NCBI GenBank assembly: GCA_963826715.1 | Contig: CAWGYA010000008.1 | Location: 832,001 to 896,000 of the forward strand | From: Candidatus Bathyarchaeota archaeon | Lineage (GTDB): Archaea > Thermoproteota > Bathyarchaeia > Bathyarchaeales > Bathycorpusculaceae | Length of the DNA stretch: 64,000 nt | Reading direction: 5' to 3' | Shown: piece by piece, positions 31,244-40,853 of the stretch | Numbering within the stretch: position 1 is the first letter of the stretch | Layout: every line of letters starts with the position of its first letter | Notes under the pieces: generated by a model | The model's database searches: none | What the model was told of the DNA's origin: nothing | What the model saw: the letters and a program-made list of their open reading frames with translations, nothing else | Made by a program: the position numbers and the translations under genes

Positions 31244-33636
31244 CCTGCCTGTTGAAAGTTCCCATTGATTTTAAAGATTGCAACTTCTTTGTTAATAAAT
31301 ACAAGGTTAAACAAAGGATCATAACTAAACTTAGCAGCAACATCTAACTCTGTCTTATCAGGGTTAGAATCTTGACTTATCGACAAAACCACAAATGAAA
31401 CATTTCGGCTCAAAAGTTCCGCACGGTAATCAAAATTCCTCCAACCATAATCAACCGGCATTTTATCCAAGGCAGAATCCACATTTGCAGATACTAATGG
31501 CACAAAAAAACTGTCAATCACCGCCTGATTAGAATAAATACTCTGCTCATTATCAGCACAATACGCACCCGCAAGCAAATGGAACCGCCCACTATCTTTA
31601 AACGCCATAGGATAACTCAACTGTATAGTTTTTACAACCGCATCATTTCTTGTAATGTAAACACTTCTAGGCGTCGTACTGAAGATCAATTGACCAAGCG
31701 ATTTAGTGCCAAGATCCACCAAACCAATCGAAACTAAATCATTATTATAGCCAACTTGTATCCCATTGGTCTCAACAACAACGTGCACATACTCAAAAGA
31801 TACACCTGTATGTAGACTACTAAGAGCCGCGGTTATGTTAACAAACCTCGTATTTCTATAAACAGTTGTGAAAACAGTATAATTCAAGTCATCATTACCT
31901 CTGGTAACAATTATTGTTGCCTGCTGAGAATCATTCTCCATCCGAATATCCTTCACAACAAGCATATTTACCCAAACTTGCGATTGCTCAACACCATCAA
32001 CAAGATACTCAATAGAAGTACCATTGTTGCCAAAAGTAAAAAACGAATACGGATTATAGGTCCAATTTTGCACAACCAAAATTTCCGGATTATGCCTAGA
32101 CAAAAACCCATCTTCTCTAACCTGAGTATAATTGTTATCAATAATGAAATCAGTATCTAATAATCTACTAGCAAACGAAGCATTATCAACCTCTCTATTA
32201 ACAGTCAAATACGCCGGATCCACCGCACTCAAAGTTGGCCGCTGAGTAAACCCACCAAGCCACCAACCATACAAAGCATCAGCAACAAGCACCGACCCCT
32301 CAGCAGTATTCTGCTTTAGCCACTGAGTAGCCTCCCACTTAGGACTATCCATCGTCTGATAATAACTCTGAAGTGTCTCACCCACATTCAAGAAAGGAGT
32401 TACAAAGATCGGCAAAGCAACAAAAGAAAACACCAAAAAAAATAAAACAAAAAAAGAATAAAGCCTCTTTTTCGTAGAAGCAACCGCTATCTTTTTTGAA
32501 ACACTTTCCATTTTTCTCTGAAGCCCTTCAAACCTCCAATTTACCTTTATTTTGTAAACTCCAAGATTAACTGCCCCCCGATACTTTTCTATACCCAACG
32601 CAATGGTTTCAGAGCCATAGTCAACCAAAATACCAATAAACACCAAAACCGGCAAAACCAAAAAATACAGAAAACGATTATAATCAACAGGCGCACCAAC
32701 CAAATACCCTTGAGTACAAACTAATGGAACAAAAACCCACATAGCAAACAAAAACGTCGGAAACGTCAATAATTTCCTGTAATACTTAACCGAGAACGCT
32801 AAAAATGCTGCAGTGACACCAAAAAGAGGCACAACAATCCAATACGAAAGAATTCTGCTAGATAATGTCGCATTAGTTATCTCAACGGAACCATATTCCT
32901 GGAAGTAAGCCGGAATTACCTGGATAAGAAAGGGCAAAATCAAAATTGCCCCCAAAACAACCGGCAATACCCAATAAAGTACACTTTTTCTGGAAACCCC
33001 CAATATTTTAGGCCAAAGCACAACAAACAACACCAAAGGCGCAAAAATACCAATGAACATGACGGCACTCAAAGAATGAGCCAAAAAAATTGAAGCCACT
33101 AAAATTGATGTAGAAAGCAAATAGGGCACTTTAGAGAAACGATCCTTTTCCAGAAACAAATAATATGTCAGGGGAATAAGCATCAAAGCTACCACATTAG
33201 GATAACCCGCCCAAGTAAGCATTTCAATATCAAAACGCGAAATCGCCACCAAAAAAGCAACGATAACCGCCGGAGCTATAGTCCAAACCTTCTTGGTAAT
33301 CAGAAACGCACATAAAACGGTAAGCGCCGAAAACAATGACACCACAAACGTATGCGCAAGAAACTCAGGCATACCAGTCATTAAAATAACGCCTGCAGTG
33401 AAGATGTGGTAACCAGGAAAAGTCAGCGAAACCCCGCCACCCATGTGAAAGAAATTGTAGAGAAAATCAACGTTTCCTGAGCCGACTATCGAGTGAATTA
33501 CACTATTATGTAAACCTATATCTGCCCCAGGCGGATAACCCGCCCAAAGCATAAGAAGCAAACGATAGACAAAAGCGAATGCAAACAGCAACAGTAGCAA
33601 GACATGAGGGGGGCTAGCTTTAGGCATTACTTTCAC
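31240..33636 (-). CDS. Large polytopic membrane protein, GT-C glycosyltransferase-like (paralog)
   Basis: GADIGLH, FPGYH, WAGYPN, YNRFLYF, ATQWLKQNT, VAIFKI; 4 bp overlap with downstream paralog. Confidence 0.75.
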   Translation of the reverse strand: MKVMPKASPPHVLLLLLFAFAFVYRLLLMLWAGYPPGADIGLHNSVIHSIVGSGNVDFLYNFFHMGGGVSLTFPGYHIFTAGVILMTGMPEFLAHTFVVSLFSALTVLCAFLITKKVWTIAPAVIVAFLVAISRFDIEMLTWAGYPNVVALMLIPLTYYLFLEKDRFSKVPYLLSTSILVASIFLAHSLSAVMFIGIFAPLVLFVVLWPKILGVSRKSVLYWVLPVVLGAILILPFLIQVIPAYFQEYGSVEITNATLSSRILSYWIVVPLFGVTAAFLAFSVKYYRKLLTFPTFLFAMWVFVPLVCTQGYLVGAPVDYNRFLYFLVLPVLVFIGILVDYGSETIALGIEKYRGAVNLGVYKIKVNWRFEGLQRKMESVSKKIAVASTKKRLYSFFVLFFLVFSFVALPIFVTPFLNVGETLQSYYQTMDSPKWEATQWLKQNTAEGSVLVADALYGWWLGGFTQRPTLSAVDPAYLTVNREVDNASFASRLLDTDFIIDNNYTQVREDGFLSRHNPEILVVQNWTYNPYSFFTFGNNGTSIEYLVDGVEQSQVWVNMLVVKDIRMENDSQQATIIVTRGNDDLNYTVFTTVYRNTRFVNITAALSSLHTGVSFEYVHVVVETNGIQVGYNNDLVSIGLVDLGTKSLGQLIFSTTPRSVYITRNDAVVKTIQLSYPMAFKDSGRFHLLAGAYCADNEQSIYSNQAVIDSFFVPLVSANVDSALDKMPVDYGWRNFDYRAELLSRNVSFVVLSISQDSNPDKTELDVAAKFSYDPLFNLVFINKEVAIFKINGNFQQAG

Positions 33637-33687
33637 GCTTAATATGCTTACGTTAAATTTATTGGTAAAAGGTTAAATATCGAATTC

Positions 33688-33714
33688 GAGTATAAAAAGC
33701 CCAGAGTATAAAAA
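33688..33714. promoter_or_regulatory. Tandem GAGTATAAAAA repeat in divergent promoter region
   Basis: Identical 11-mers at 33688 and 33704, just upstream of the corrinoid gene. Confidence 0.4.
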
Positions 33715-33732
33715 AGGAAAAAAGGTGTTTAA

Positions 33733-34158
33733 ATGTCGTGGCTTAAATCTATGATGGAAAAAGAACCACCAGAACCAGAGAATCCAATAGGCATAGTCGT
33801 TATAGGTAACATTGAACCTGACATGCATGACACAGCAAAAGAAGCAGTCCGCCGATCCCTAAAACGCGCAGGCTTCAAAACCATTGACGTCGGAAAAAGC
33901 GTTGCACCACAAGTCTTCATCGACAAAGTAAAAGAAAACAATGCAAACCTCATCGCAGTATCAGTTAACACAGTTCCAGCAAAAAATAACCTATCAAAAC
34001 TAGATGAACTCCTCAAAGCAGCAGGTCTCAAAGACAAAGTCGGCATCATCATGGGCGGCGCAGCCGTTAAAAAAGAAGATGCAGACGCATTAGGTGCTCT
34101 CTTCGGCAAAAACAAAGAAGAAGCTCCGGAACTGGCAAAGAAAGCAATCAAAAAATAA
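33733..34158 (+). CDS. Stand-alone cobalamin-binding (corrinoid) protein without cap domain
   Basis: VIGNIEPDMHDTAK (DxH), GFKTIDVG, IAVS, IIMGGAAV. Confidence 0.88.
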   Translation: MSWLKSMMEKEPPEPENPIGIVVIGNIEPDMHDTAKEAVRRSLKRAGFKTIDVGKSVAPQVFIDKVKENNANLIAVSVNTVPAKNNLSKLDELLKAAGLKDKVGIIMGGAAVKKEDADALGALFGKNKEEAPELAKKAIKK

Positions 34159-34176
34159 TCCATCAGAAGTGGAAAA

Positions 34177-35088
34177 ATGTCCTTTAAATTCAACACTGAA
34201 CAAAAAATATACGATATAGGTAAAGCGAAAATCGGCGGTCAACCAGGGGAACTTCCAACTTTCCTAATTGGCTCTATCTTTTGGCTAGGCCAAAAAATGG
34301 TCCAAGATGCAAACAAAGGAATTTTTGACGCAAAAGCAGCAGAAGACATCATCAACAAGATGCAAACCCAAAGCGATATCACTGGCGTAAACTTCGCACT
34401 TGACATAGTCGGCACAACCGAAACAGCCTTCGAAAAATACATCGACTTCGTTCCACAGCACACCGATGCAGCACTCATGCTTGACGCAATGAGCCCCAAA
34501 ACCCGAATGGGCGCAGCAAACTTAGCAAAGAAAATGGGCCTTGCAGACCGATGCCTCTACAACTCTATCTACAAAGGCGTAACCGAAGCTGAACTCGCAA
34601 ACCTCAAAGAAAGCGGCATTAAAATGTCTATAGTGCTAGCTGATGATCCAAAAGATACAACACTAGAAGGCAAAATGAATGTCATCGTGGAAGCTTTAGC
34701 GATGGCAGAAAGAGCTGGAATTACCAAACCATTGATTGACACAGCCATTCCTGCATTCGAACCAGACATGGGTACCTCCGTTAGAACCATACCCATTATG
34801 AAAGAAAAGTATGGTCACCCTGTAGGCTTAGGTAGCGGAAACGTTGTCACAACCATGGGTTGGGTAAAAGCAAATGTTGCAAAAGAATTCCGTAAGGGAT
34901 GTGTAACTGCAACAAACACAATCATGCAGATGGCAGGCGCAAACTGGCTCATGATTGGACCAGCCGAACAAGCAGAATGGGTCTTCCCAGCAGTCGCCGT
35001 AACTGACACATACATCGCATCCGCAGCAGCCGACCTCGGAACTAGACCACTAGAAGAAACTCATCCAATCTACAAAGCTTTCATGTAA
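34177..35088 (+). CDS. mtrH: MtrH/MtgA-like pterin:corrinoid methyltransferase
   Basis: FKFNTEQK, IGGQPGELPT..IGSIF, TQSDITG, YNSI, KPLIDTA, GANWLMIGP, HPIYK. Confidence 0.88.
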   Translation: MSFKFNTEQKIYDIGKAKIGGQPGELPTFLIGSIFWLGQKMVQDANKGIFDAKAAEDIINKMQTQSDITGVNFALDIVGTTETAFEKYIDFVPQHTDAALMLDAMSPKTRMGAANLAKKMGLADRCLYNSIYKGVTEAELANLKESGIKMSIVLADDPKDTTLEGKMNVIVEALAMAERAGITKPLIDTAIPAFEPDMGTSVRTIPIMKEKYGHPVGLGSGNVVTTMGWVKANVAKEFRKGCVTATNTIMQMAGANWLMIGPAEQAEWVFPAVAVTDTYIASAAADLGTRPLEETHPIYKAFM

Positions 35089-35116
35089 AATTCTTCCTTT
35101 ATTTTTTATTTTTTTG
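35089..35116 (+). terminator. Oligo-T terminator
   Basis: ttcttcctttattttttattttttt immediately after the mtrH-like stop. Confidence 0.6.
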
Positions 35117-35118
35117 AA

Positions 35119-35517
35119 GTGACCACCGTGAAGCCGCAAAGATGGTTTGAAATCATCGTCGTCTTCACAGCATTAACATTAATAACAACATACCTTATCC
35201 CCAGCGACACAGCATTCGTTTATTTACGCTGGGTTTTCGCCTTCATATTCATAGCATTTATGCCAGGTTACTGCCTAGTAAACGTACTATTTTTAGGAAA
35301 AAATAGCATCGACTTAATCGAGAGCATTGTCCTCTCTGTTGCCTTAAGTTTGGGGTTAGCAGGGTTAATCGGATTATTCCTCGGACTCTCCCCAATAGGC
35401 ATAAACTTTGTCTCCATAACAATTTCCCTAAGCATAACCGTGCTTGCCTTAGCCACAGTAGCGTTTATCAGAAAACTAAAGCAGCCCTCAATGTCTCAGA
35501 TGCAAGTACCGCAATAG
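35119..35517 (+). CDS. DUF1616-like membrane protein
   Basis: FMPGYCL...F, IDLIESIVLSVALS, SPIGI; four TM segments. Confidence 0.75.
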   Translation: MTTVKPQRWFEIIVVFTALTLITTYLIPSDTAFVYLRWVFAFIFIAFMPGYCLVNVLFLGKNSIDLIESIVLSVALSLGLAGLIGLFLGLSPIGINFVSITISLSITVLALATVAFIRKLKQPSMSQMQVPQ

Positions 35518-36867
35518 GTAAGCACCTGAAGTTTTAACTGCCGCAACCCCATACACGCCTCCATGCCGCATCATCTTTATAACATAACTGGGGCGCAAAT
35601 AGAATTCCTGATAAGCTTTTGATCGAAGCTCCGCCACCTTCTCCATGCTCAACGTGGGAGTTTCAAATGTCGGTCCAGCCGTGTCATATTTATCAAAATC
35701 TGTAACCCGAAGCCACCCTTTCTTAATTACTTCCTCATACATCGGGGTACCCGGATAAGGAGTAGCAATATAGAAACCCACATCATCGGGATTAAGTTCC
35801 TTTACAAGCTTAATTGTTTGGCGCGCAGTTTGTTCAGTCTCACCGGGAAACCCTAAAACTACGTTTGCAATCGTCATCAATCCAAGTTCATGCGCCGTCT
35901 TATACGCCAACTTAGTCTGATCAATCTTTATCTTCTTATTCATGGCACCAAGGATAATTTCAGAGCCTGACTCAACACCCAGCCAAACCGCGAAGCATCC
36001 GGCATCCCGCATAGTTTTCATAAGTTCACGGTCAACCATATCAACACGGGTCCCACAGTCCCACTTTAGCTGCAACTTTCGTTCATGAAGTTGCTGACAA
36101 ATTTTGACTACCCGATCCCTATCCACACTAAATGCATCATCATAGAAGGTTACTTGATCAACACCATATTTATCATGAATAAGCTGCATCTCATCAACCA
36201 CGTTTCCAGGACTCCGCATACGGTAACCCCTCCCGAACATGCGCACGGTGCTGCAGAAATCACACCAATACACGCATCCCCGACTACTCACTAACGGAAA
36301 AATAATTTTGCCATTGTGCTTTAACTTCTCAAGCGGAAAGAGATGATGCGCCGGAAAAGGTAAACTATCCAAATCCTCAATGAAGGGTCGGTCAAGGTTA
36401 CGAACCGATTTGTCACCATCGCGATATGTGACACCTAATACATCTTTGAGACTGCTTTGGCTTTCAAGTTTGTCGATTAATTCAAGGAAGGTTTGTTCTC
36501 CCTCACGACGCACAACCACGTCAAGAGCTGGATACTCTTCTATGGCATTTTGGTCCCAGAATGTGCCATGTGAACCTCCAAGAACCGTAACTGCTTGGGG
36601 CTGTAACTGTTTGGCTAATGTAATTAGTTGCATGGCGGTTTTGTAGAGCAATGTTGTAGCCGTAACACCGACCAAATCGGACGGCGTTTGGAGGAAACGG
36701 GCTTTAAAAGTTTCAGGACTCAGTTTTTCTGCTTGGCAGTCGATGACGGTGACTTGGTGTCCTGCTTGTTCAGCGACTGCACCAAGATACGCCAATCCCA
36801 GAGGAATAAAAGCTGGATGCGAGTGAACACTTGCTGGGTATGGCGGATTAACTAAGGTAATTTTCAT
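35488..36867 (-). CDS. B12-binding radical SAM enzyme (class B type) 1
   Basis: MKITLVNPP, PLGLAYL, GGSH, REGE, SRGCVYWCDFC, FYDDAF, GVESGS, TPYPGT. Confidence 0.93.
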   Translation of the reverse strand: MKITLVNPPYPASVHSHPAFIPLGLAYLGAVAEQAGHQVTVIDCQAEKLSPETFKARFLQTPSDLVGVTATTLLYKTAMQLITLAKQLQPQAVTVLGGSHGTFWDQNAIEEYPALDVVVRREGEQTFLELIDKLESQSSLKDVLGVTYRDGDKSVRNLDRPFIEDLDSLPFPAHHLFPLEKLKHNGKIIFPLVSSRGCVYWCDFCSTVRMFGRGYRMRSPGNVVDEMQLIHDKYGVDQVTFYDDAFSVDRDRVVKICQQLHERKLQLKWDCGTRVDMVDRELMKTMRDAGCFAVWLGVESGSEIILGAMNKKIKIDQTKLAYKTAHELGLMTIANVVLGFPGETEQTARQTIKLVKELNPDDVGFYIATPYPGTPMYEEVIKKGWLRVTDFDKYDTAGPTFETPTLSMEKVAELRSKAYQEFYLRPSYVIKMMRHGGVYGVAAVKTSGAYLLRYLHLRH

Positions 36868-36964
36868 GAGCTTGCCCTTGCTTGCAGAGTAACGCTGGAT
36901 TACATTATATTGCTTTCTTAGAATCCTCAAGAAAACGGATTTGTAACCGATATAAGAAAAGAAG

Positions 36965-38350
36965 TTAAGAGAGTTTTATGTGCATGGCACGGAGCGCATA
37001 AGCTGCAGAGGTCTTAAGCCCTGAGCGACCATAGGTTCCGCCTTTCCGCATCATCTTTAGCACATACGCCGGTCTGAGGTAGAATTTCTGATGCGCTTTG
37101 TATTTAATTTCCCGGATTTTTTCCATACTCAGATAAGGCGTCTCAAACGTTGGGGTAGCTGTATCGTATTTGTTAAAGTCAGTAACTCGTAACCAACCGT
37201 TTTTGATAACTTCCTCATACATAGGCGTACCCGGATAGGGTGTGGCAACATAGCAGCCAATATCGTCTGGGTTAAGGCTGTTGATGAAATTGATAGTTTC
37301 CCATGCAGTCTCTTCTGTTTCTCCAGGGAAACCGATAACTGCACTTGCAATTGTCATCATCCCAGCCTTCTGCGCCATCTTGAAGGCATCCCGCACTTGT
37401 TCCCGATTAATTTTCTTGTGCATTTTACCCAACATCTTCTCGGAGCCAGATTCCACGCCAAACCATATGGTTATGCATCCGGCCTCCCGCATCTTCTCAA
37501 GCAACTCCTTATCAACTGCATCAACGCGTGTTTCGCAATCCCATTCCACATTTAGTTTACGGGCTTTTATGTCAGCGCACATTTCTAGGGTGTGATTGCG
37601 GTTTATTGTAAATGCATCATCATAAAATGTGAATTGACTTTCACCATATTGGTTGTGCAGGTTTTCCATGTCATCAACCACACTTTTTGGGTTACGAACT
37701 CGATAACCTCTACCGAACATACGTACAGTACTGCAGAAATCACACCATTGCACACATCCGCGACTTGTCACAATAGGAAAGATGGTTTTGCCCATGCGGT
37801 GGTAACTTTCAAGCGGCAAAAGATGGTATGCAGGAGAAGGCAGCGAGTCAAGATCATTAAGGAAAGGTCGGTCACTGTTACGCAACGTCTTTCCATCTTT
37901 GGTTCGAAAAGTTGTACCCAGAACTCCTTCAAAGCTTTTCTTTGCCTCAATACGCTGCAGTAGTTCAAGGAAGGTTTGTTCTCCCTCACGACGCACAATT
38001 ACATCGATTGCAGGGGATTCATTTAAGGCGTTTTCGTCCCAAAAACTAACATGACTGCCTCCGAACATGGTTGTGGCGTTTGGGTGAACTTCTCTAGCGA
38101 TTTCCATTAAGGTTTTAGCCGAGTTGTAGAGAAGTGTCGTCGAGGTTATGCCAATAACATCTGATGGAACTGATGCTAAGCGGTTACGAAAACCATCATA
38201 TGTGAGTCTTTCACCTTGGCAGTCGATGACGGTGACTTGGTGTCCTGCTTGTTCAGCGACTGCACCAAGATACGCCAATCCCAGCGGGATAAAAGGTGGA
38301 TGGCTATGAGCATTAGGGGGATACGGAGGATTAACCAGTGTAATTTTCAA
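36965..38350 (-). CDS. B12-binding radical SAM enzyme 2 (tandem paralog)
   Basis: Same motifs, SRGCVQWCDFC; shares identical DNA patches with enzyme 1. Confidence 0.93.
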   Translation of the reverse strand: MKITLVNPPYPPNAHSHPPFIPLGLAYLGAVAEQAGHQVTVIDCQGERLTYDGFRNRLASVPSDVIGITSTTLLYNSAKTLMEIAREVHPNATTMFGGSHVSFWDENALNESPAIDVIVRREGEQTFLELLQRIEAKKSFEGVLGTTFRTKDGKTLRNSDRPFLNDLDSLPSPAYHLLPLESYHRMGKTIFPIVTSRGCVQWCDFCSTVRMFGRGYRVRNPKSVVDDMENLHNQYGESQFTFYDDAFTINRNHTLEMCADIKARKLNVEWDCETRVDAVDKELLEKMREAGCITIWFGVESGSEKMLGKMHKKINREQVRDAFKMAQKAGMMTIASAVIGFPGETEETAWETINFINSLNPDDIGCYVATPYPGTPMYEEVIKNGWLRVTDFNKYDTATPTFETPYLSMEKIREIKYKAHQKFYLRPAYVLKMMRKGGTYGRSGLKTSAAYALRAMHIKLS

Positions 38351-38572
38351 ATCTGTTTCGCCCTTTTAGTTGTGGTTAGACGTTGAAACACCATATAATG
38401 TTTACGTAAAATCAAACAGAAATGGACGGTTGCATCTTTGAGGTAATCTGACACCTTGTCGACCTGAATCTCTTAGATTTTTTCCAAAACTGAACTACAA
38501 CAGAAAACCAAAAGAATTTTGTGCAACAAACAGCGAATCTAAAAAACAAAAAATAAGAAAGGGTGGGAAGAA

Positions 38573-39475
38573 CTATTTGTAGATTTGTTCCCAGCGGCTA
38601 AAGAGGTCAAGTACTTCGTCGCCGCCGTGACCCTTAAGGAATTCACGTGTTTCTTTATCCTCAGCTGCTTCTTTCTGGAACTTGTGGATGTACTCGGCTT
38701 TTTCAGCGAGGAATATGATTCCGTCTACGCCTTGCCTTGCAACACGGGTGGCAACAGTCATTATCTGTTTGGTTGTTGCAACTGTATCCCAGGTTTCATT
38801 TGGTCCACGGACATAGAAATTGACGTACATCGGTTTCTTTAGTTGACTCTTGAAGCCTCTTGCGATGGTTTCCCAATACCAAGGAGTCGGATAAGATTTA
38901 CTGAACATGGGTATAACAAAGTAGTCAGCGTATTGTGCGAGGGCTTCAAAGTCATAGCCGAAACGTACCTTGCCTAGCAATGGGTCAGGCAATAGGTTAA
39001 CAAAAAGCGGTTTTCCACTGACAATTTCTTTAACTTCAGCTAGAAAATCAGTAACGGTTTTTGCTCTCCATTCATTCCAGCTAAGACCGCTCTTACTTTG
39101 TTGCTCAATGCATCTTGGGCAGGTACAAAAACCCTGGTCAGCAAAATGTTGGCTGCTAATGCTAATGCCTGGTGTTAGTTTTGTGGATTCAGCGATGATT
39201 TTAAGGTTGTATTCGCGGGCTTCAGGGTTAGTCATGCACACAACGTCCCAACGAAGGTTAAATCGCTTGTTTGTACGTAGCGCAGGACCAAATGAGCTTA
39301 CAGACACCCAATCAGGGCGTTTTTCAGCCATATTGTTGTCGCCAAAACATGCGATGTTGGTATACATTTCAGGGTTTACTTTTCCAACGATCCCTGATTC
39401 TGACTTTTGACGGTAGAAGTTGTAATCGACGCCTTGAGCAGGCTCGGCTTGATAGAGGAAAGTGCCAAATTTCAA
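38573..39475 (-). CDS. Uncharacterised Cys-rich putative TIM-barrel protein A
   Basis: CFGD, VCMTNP, HFADQGFCTCPRC, WRAKTVTDF, PDP, YW; paralogous to 40854-41738. Confidence 0.75.
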   Translation of the reverse strand: MKFGTFLYQAEPAQGVDYNFYRQKSESGIVGKVNPEMYTNIACFGDNNMAEKRPDWVSVSSFGPALRTNKRFNLRWDVVCMTNPEAREYNLKIIAESTKLTPGISISSQHFADQGFCTCPRCIEQQSKSGLSWNEWRAKTVTDFLAEVKEIVSGKPLFVNLLPDPLLGKVRFGYDFEALAQYADYFVIPMFSKSYPTPWYWETIARGFKSQLKKPMYVNFYVRGPNETWDTVATTKQIMTVATRVARQGVDGIIFLAEKAEYIHKFQKEAAEDKETREFLKGHGGDEVLDLFSRWEQIYK

Positions 39476-39551
39476 GATTAAACACCTTTTTAGTATTTTA
39501 TTTAGGGAAGTGGAGCTTGGAGGTTATAAGTCTTTGCAGTTCTACCCTGCA

Positions 39552-40562
39552 TTAGATGGGCTTGATAAGCGTGACCAGCGCATGCTTGAGAAACGGCAGC
39601 AAATCCACACCCTCATAATCAGCCACCCCGGCATTGTTGCCTGCCGCAAAATACTTGAGAGCTAAATCCCAATTCTTAAAATCCACAGGCAACAGATTCT
39701 TTTTATAGTCTTCATCCATCTTTGCCGCGGCTAAAAGCCACATTCCAGCCGACGGATTCTTACCCAGAATCTCAGCCAATCCATCACCGGTAATCGATAT
39801 TCCTTCAACTTTGGAGATTTCTGCAGCCAGTTTTTCCATCGGCAAATGCCTCTCACACAACCTATCTGCAACGCTGCGTTTCCCCCAAATTGGTTCCTGA
39901 TGCAATAGCGCCTCACTCACTGCCTGCCGAGCACAGGCACCAATAAGCTTGCCTAACTTTGAAGCCGGACCTCCCAACGCCACAGTTTTACCCACGCCCG
40001 TTGAGGCTACAGTAACGCTGTCAGTTATTGATCCTGTCGCAGAGTCGCCTGTGTAAAGACTGCGAATATCAAAGTCCCGTAGGGCAGCGGATTTGGCTTC
40101 GGTGGCGGTGATTAAAACCGCTGCCATGCAACTATCGGTGGGGTTGCCGTCGATGAATACAATGATGTTTATAGTTCCCTTGATTTCCTGCACATTCATT
40201 TCTTCACCACTGGATTCCCCGTGAGAGCATCCTGCGGTGGCAGCAACACTAACGGAAAAATTGTCTGCTTTTTTGGTGACTAAACTGTAGTTTTTTACAT
40301 TGGCCGCTGTGACCATTGCAAGATAATCCTCGAGTATGTTCAGTTTTAGAGCAGAGGTGGTGATAAGCTGCAGAGGATCAAGGTGTAAGGAAAGATCACT
40401 ATAACCTTCGGGCACCCCAACATTGAGGACAGCTTTAACCTGCCTGTTCCCTCCGTTAAAAATGGCTGAGCTAACCGTCTTTAAAGGCTTATCACAAATT
40501 ATAGCTAACACGTTTTCTTTACGAATTAATTTAGTACCCTCAGCTAGATCAAGCTGCTCCAA
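39552..40562 (-). CDS. cbiZ: Adenosylcobinamide amidohydrolase
   Basis: SSAIFNGG, MVTAA, ATAG, GTINII, TATEAK, ATGSITD, GGPASKLG. Confidence 0.85.
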   Translation of the reverse strand: MEQLDLAEGTKLIRKENVLAIICDKPLKTVSSAIFNGGNRQVKAVLNVGVPEGYSDLSLHLDPLQLITTSALKLNILEDYLAMVTAANVKNYSLVTKKADNFSVSVAATAGCSHGESSGEEMNVQEIKGTINIIVFIDGNPTDSCMAAVLITATEAKSAALRDFDIRSLYTGDSATGSITDSVTVASTGVGKTVALGGPASKLGKLIGACARQAVSEALLHQEPIWGKRSVADRLCERHLPMEKLAAEISKVEGISITGDGLAEILGKNPSAGMWLLAAAKMDEDYKKNLLPVDFKNWDLALKYFAAGNNAGVADYEGVDLLPFLKHALVTLIKPI

Positions 40563-40576
40563 TCAAAGTCCCCATT

Positions 40577-40795
40577 CTACTTCTGCGGGTTACTTGCATT
40601 TAAGCTGATGGCTTTGGCAGGACACAAATTCACACATATCCCACATTTCGTGCACTGCACTACTTCAATAACTTGAGGTTTTCGATTTTTACCCTCTTCC
40701 AAAGCACCCTGTGGACAAACACCTATGCAAATTTGTCCCGTGCACGGCGGACATTTCCCCAAGTCTATTATCAACGGTGATTTTTGTTTGCCCAT
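40577..40795 (-). CDS. 4Fe-4S dicluster ferredoxin
   Basis: CPPCTGQICIGVCP and CTKCGICVNLCP. Confidence 0.9.
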   Translation of the reverse strand: MGKQKSPLIIDLGKCPPCTGQICIGVCPQGALEEGKNRKPQVIEVVQCTKCGICVNLCPAKAISLNASNPQK

Positions 40796-40853
40796 ACAAA
40801 TCACCAAATAATTAAGCGCCAAGAATATATCTGTTGCGAGCAAAAGGATAAGC

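Noticed and set aside
34177-35088. Evidence for methanogenesis (Mtr complex)
   Set aside because: Only an MtrH-like gene is present; no mtrA-G or mcr genes, and stand-alone MtrH homologs occur in non-methanogens
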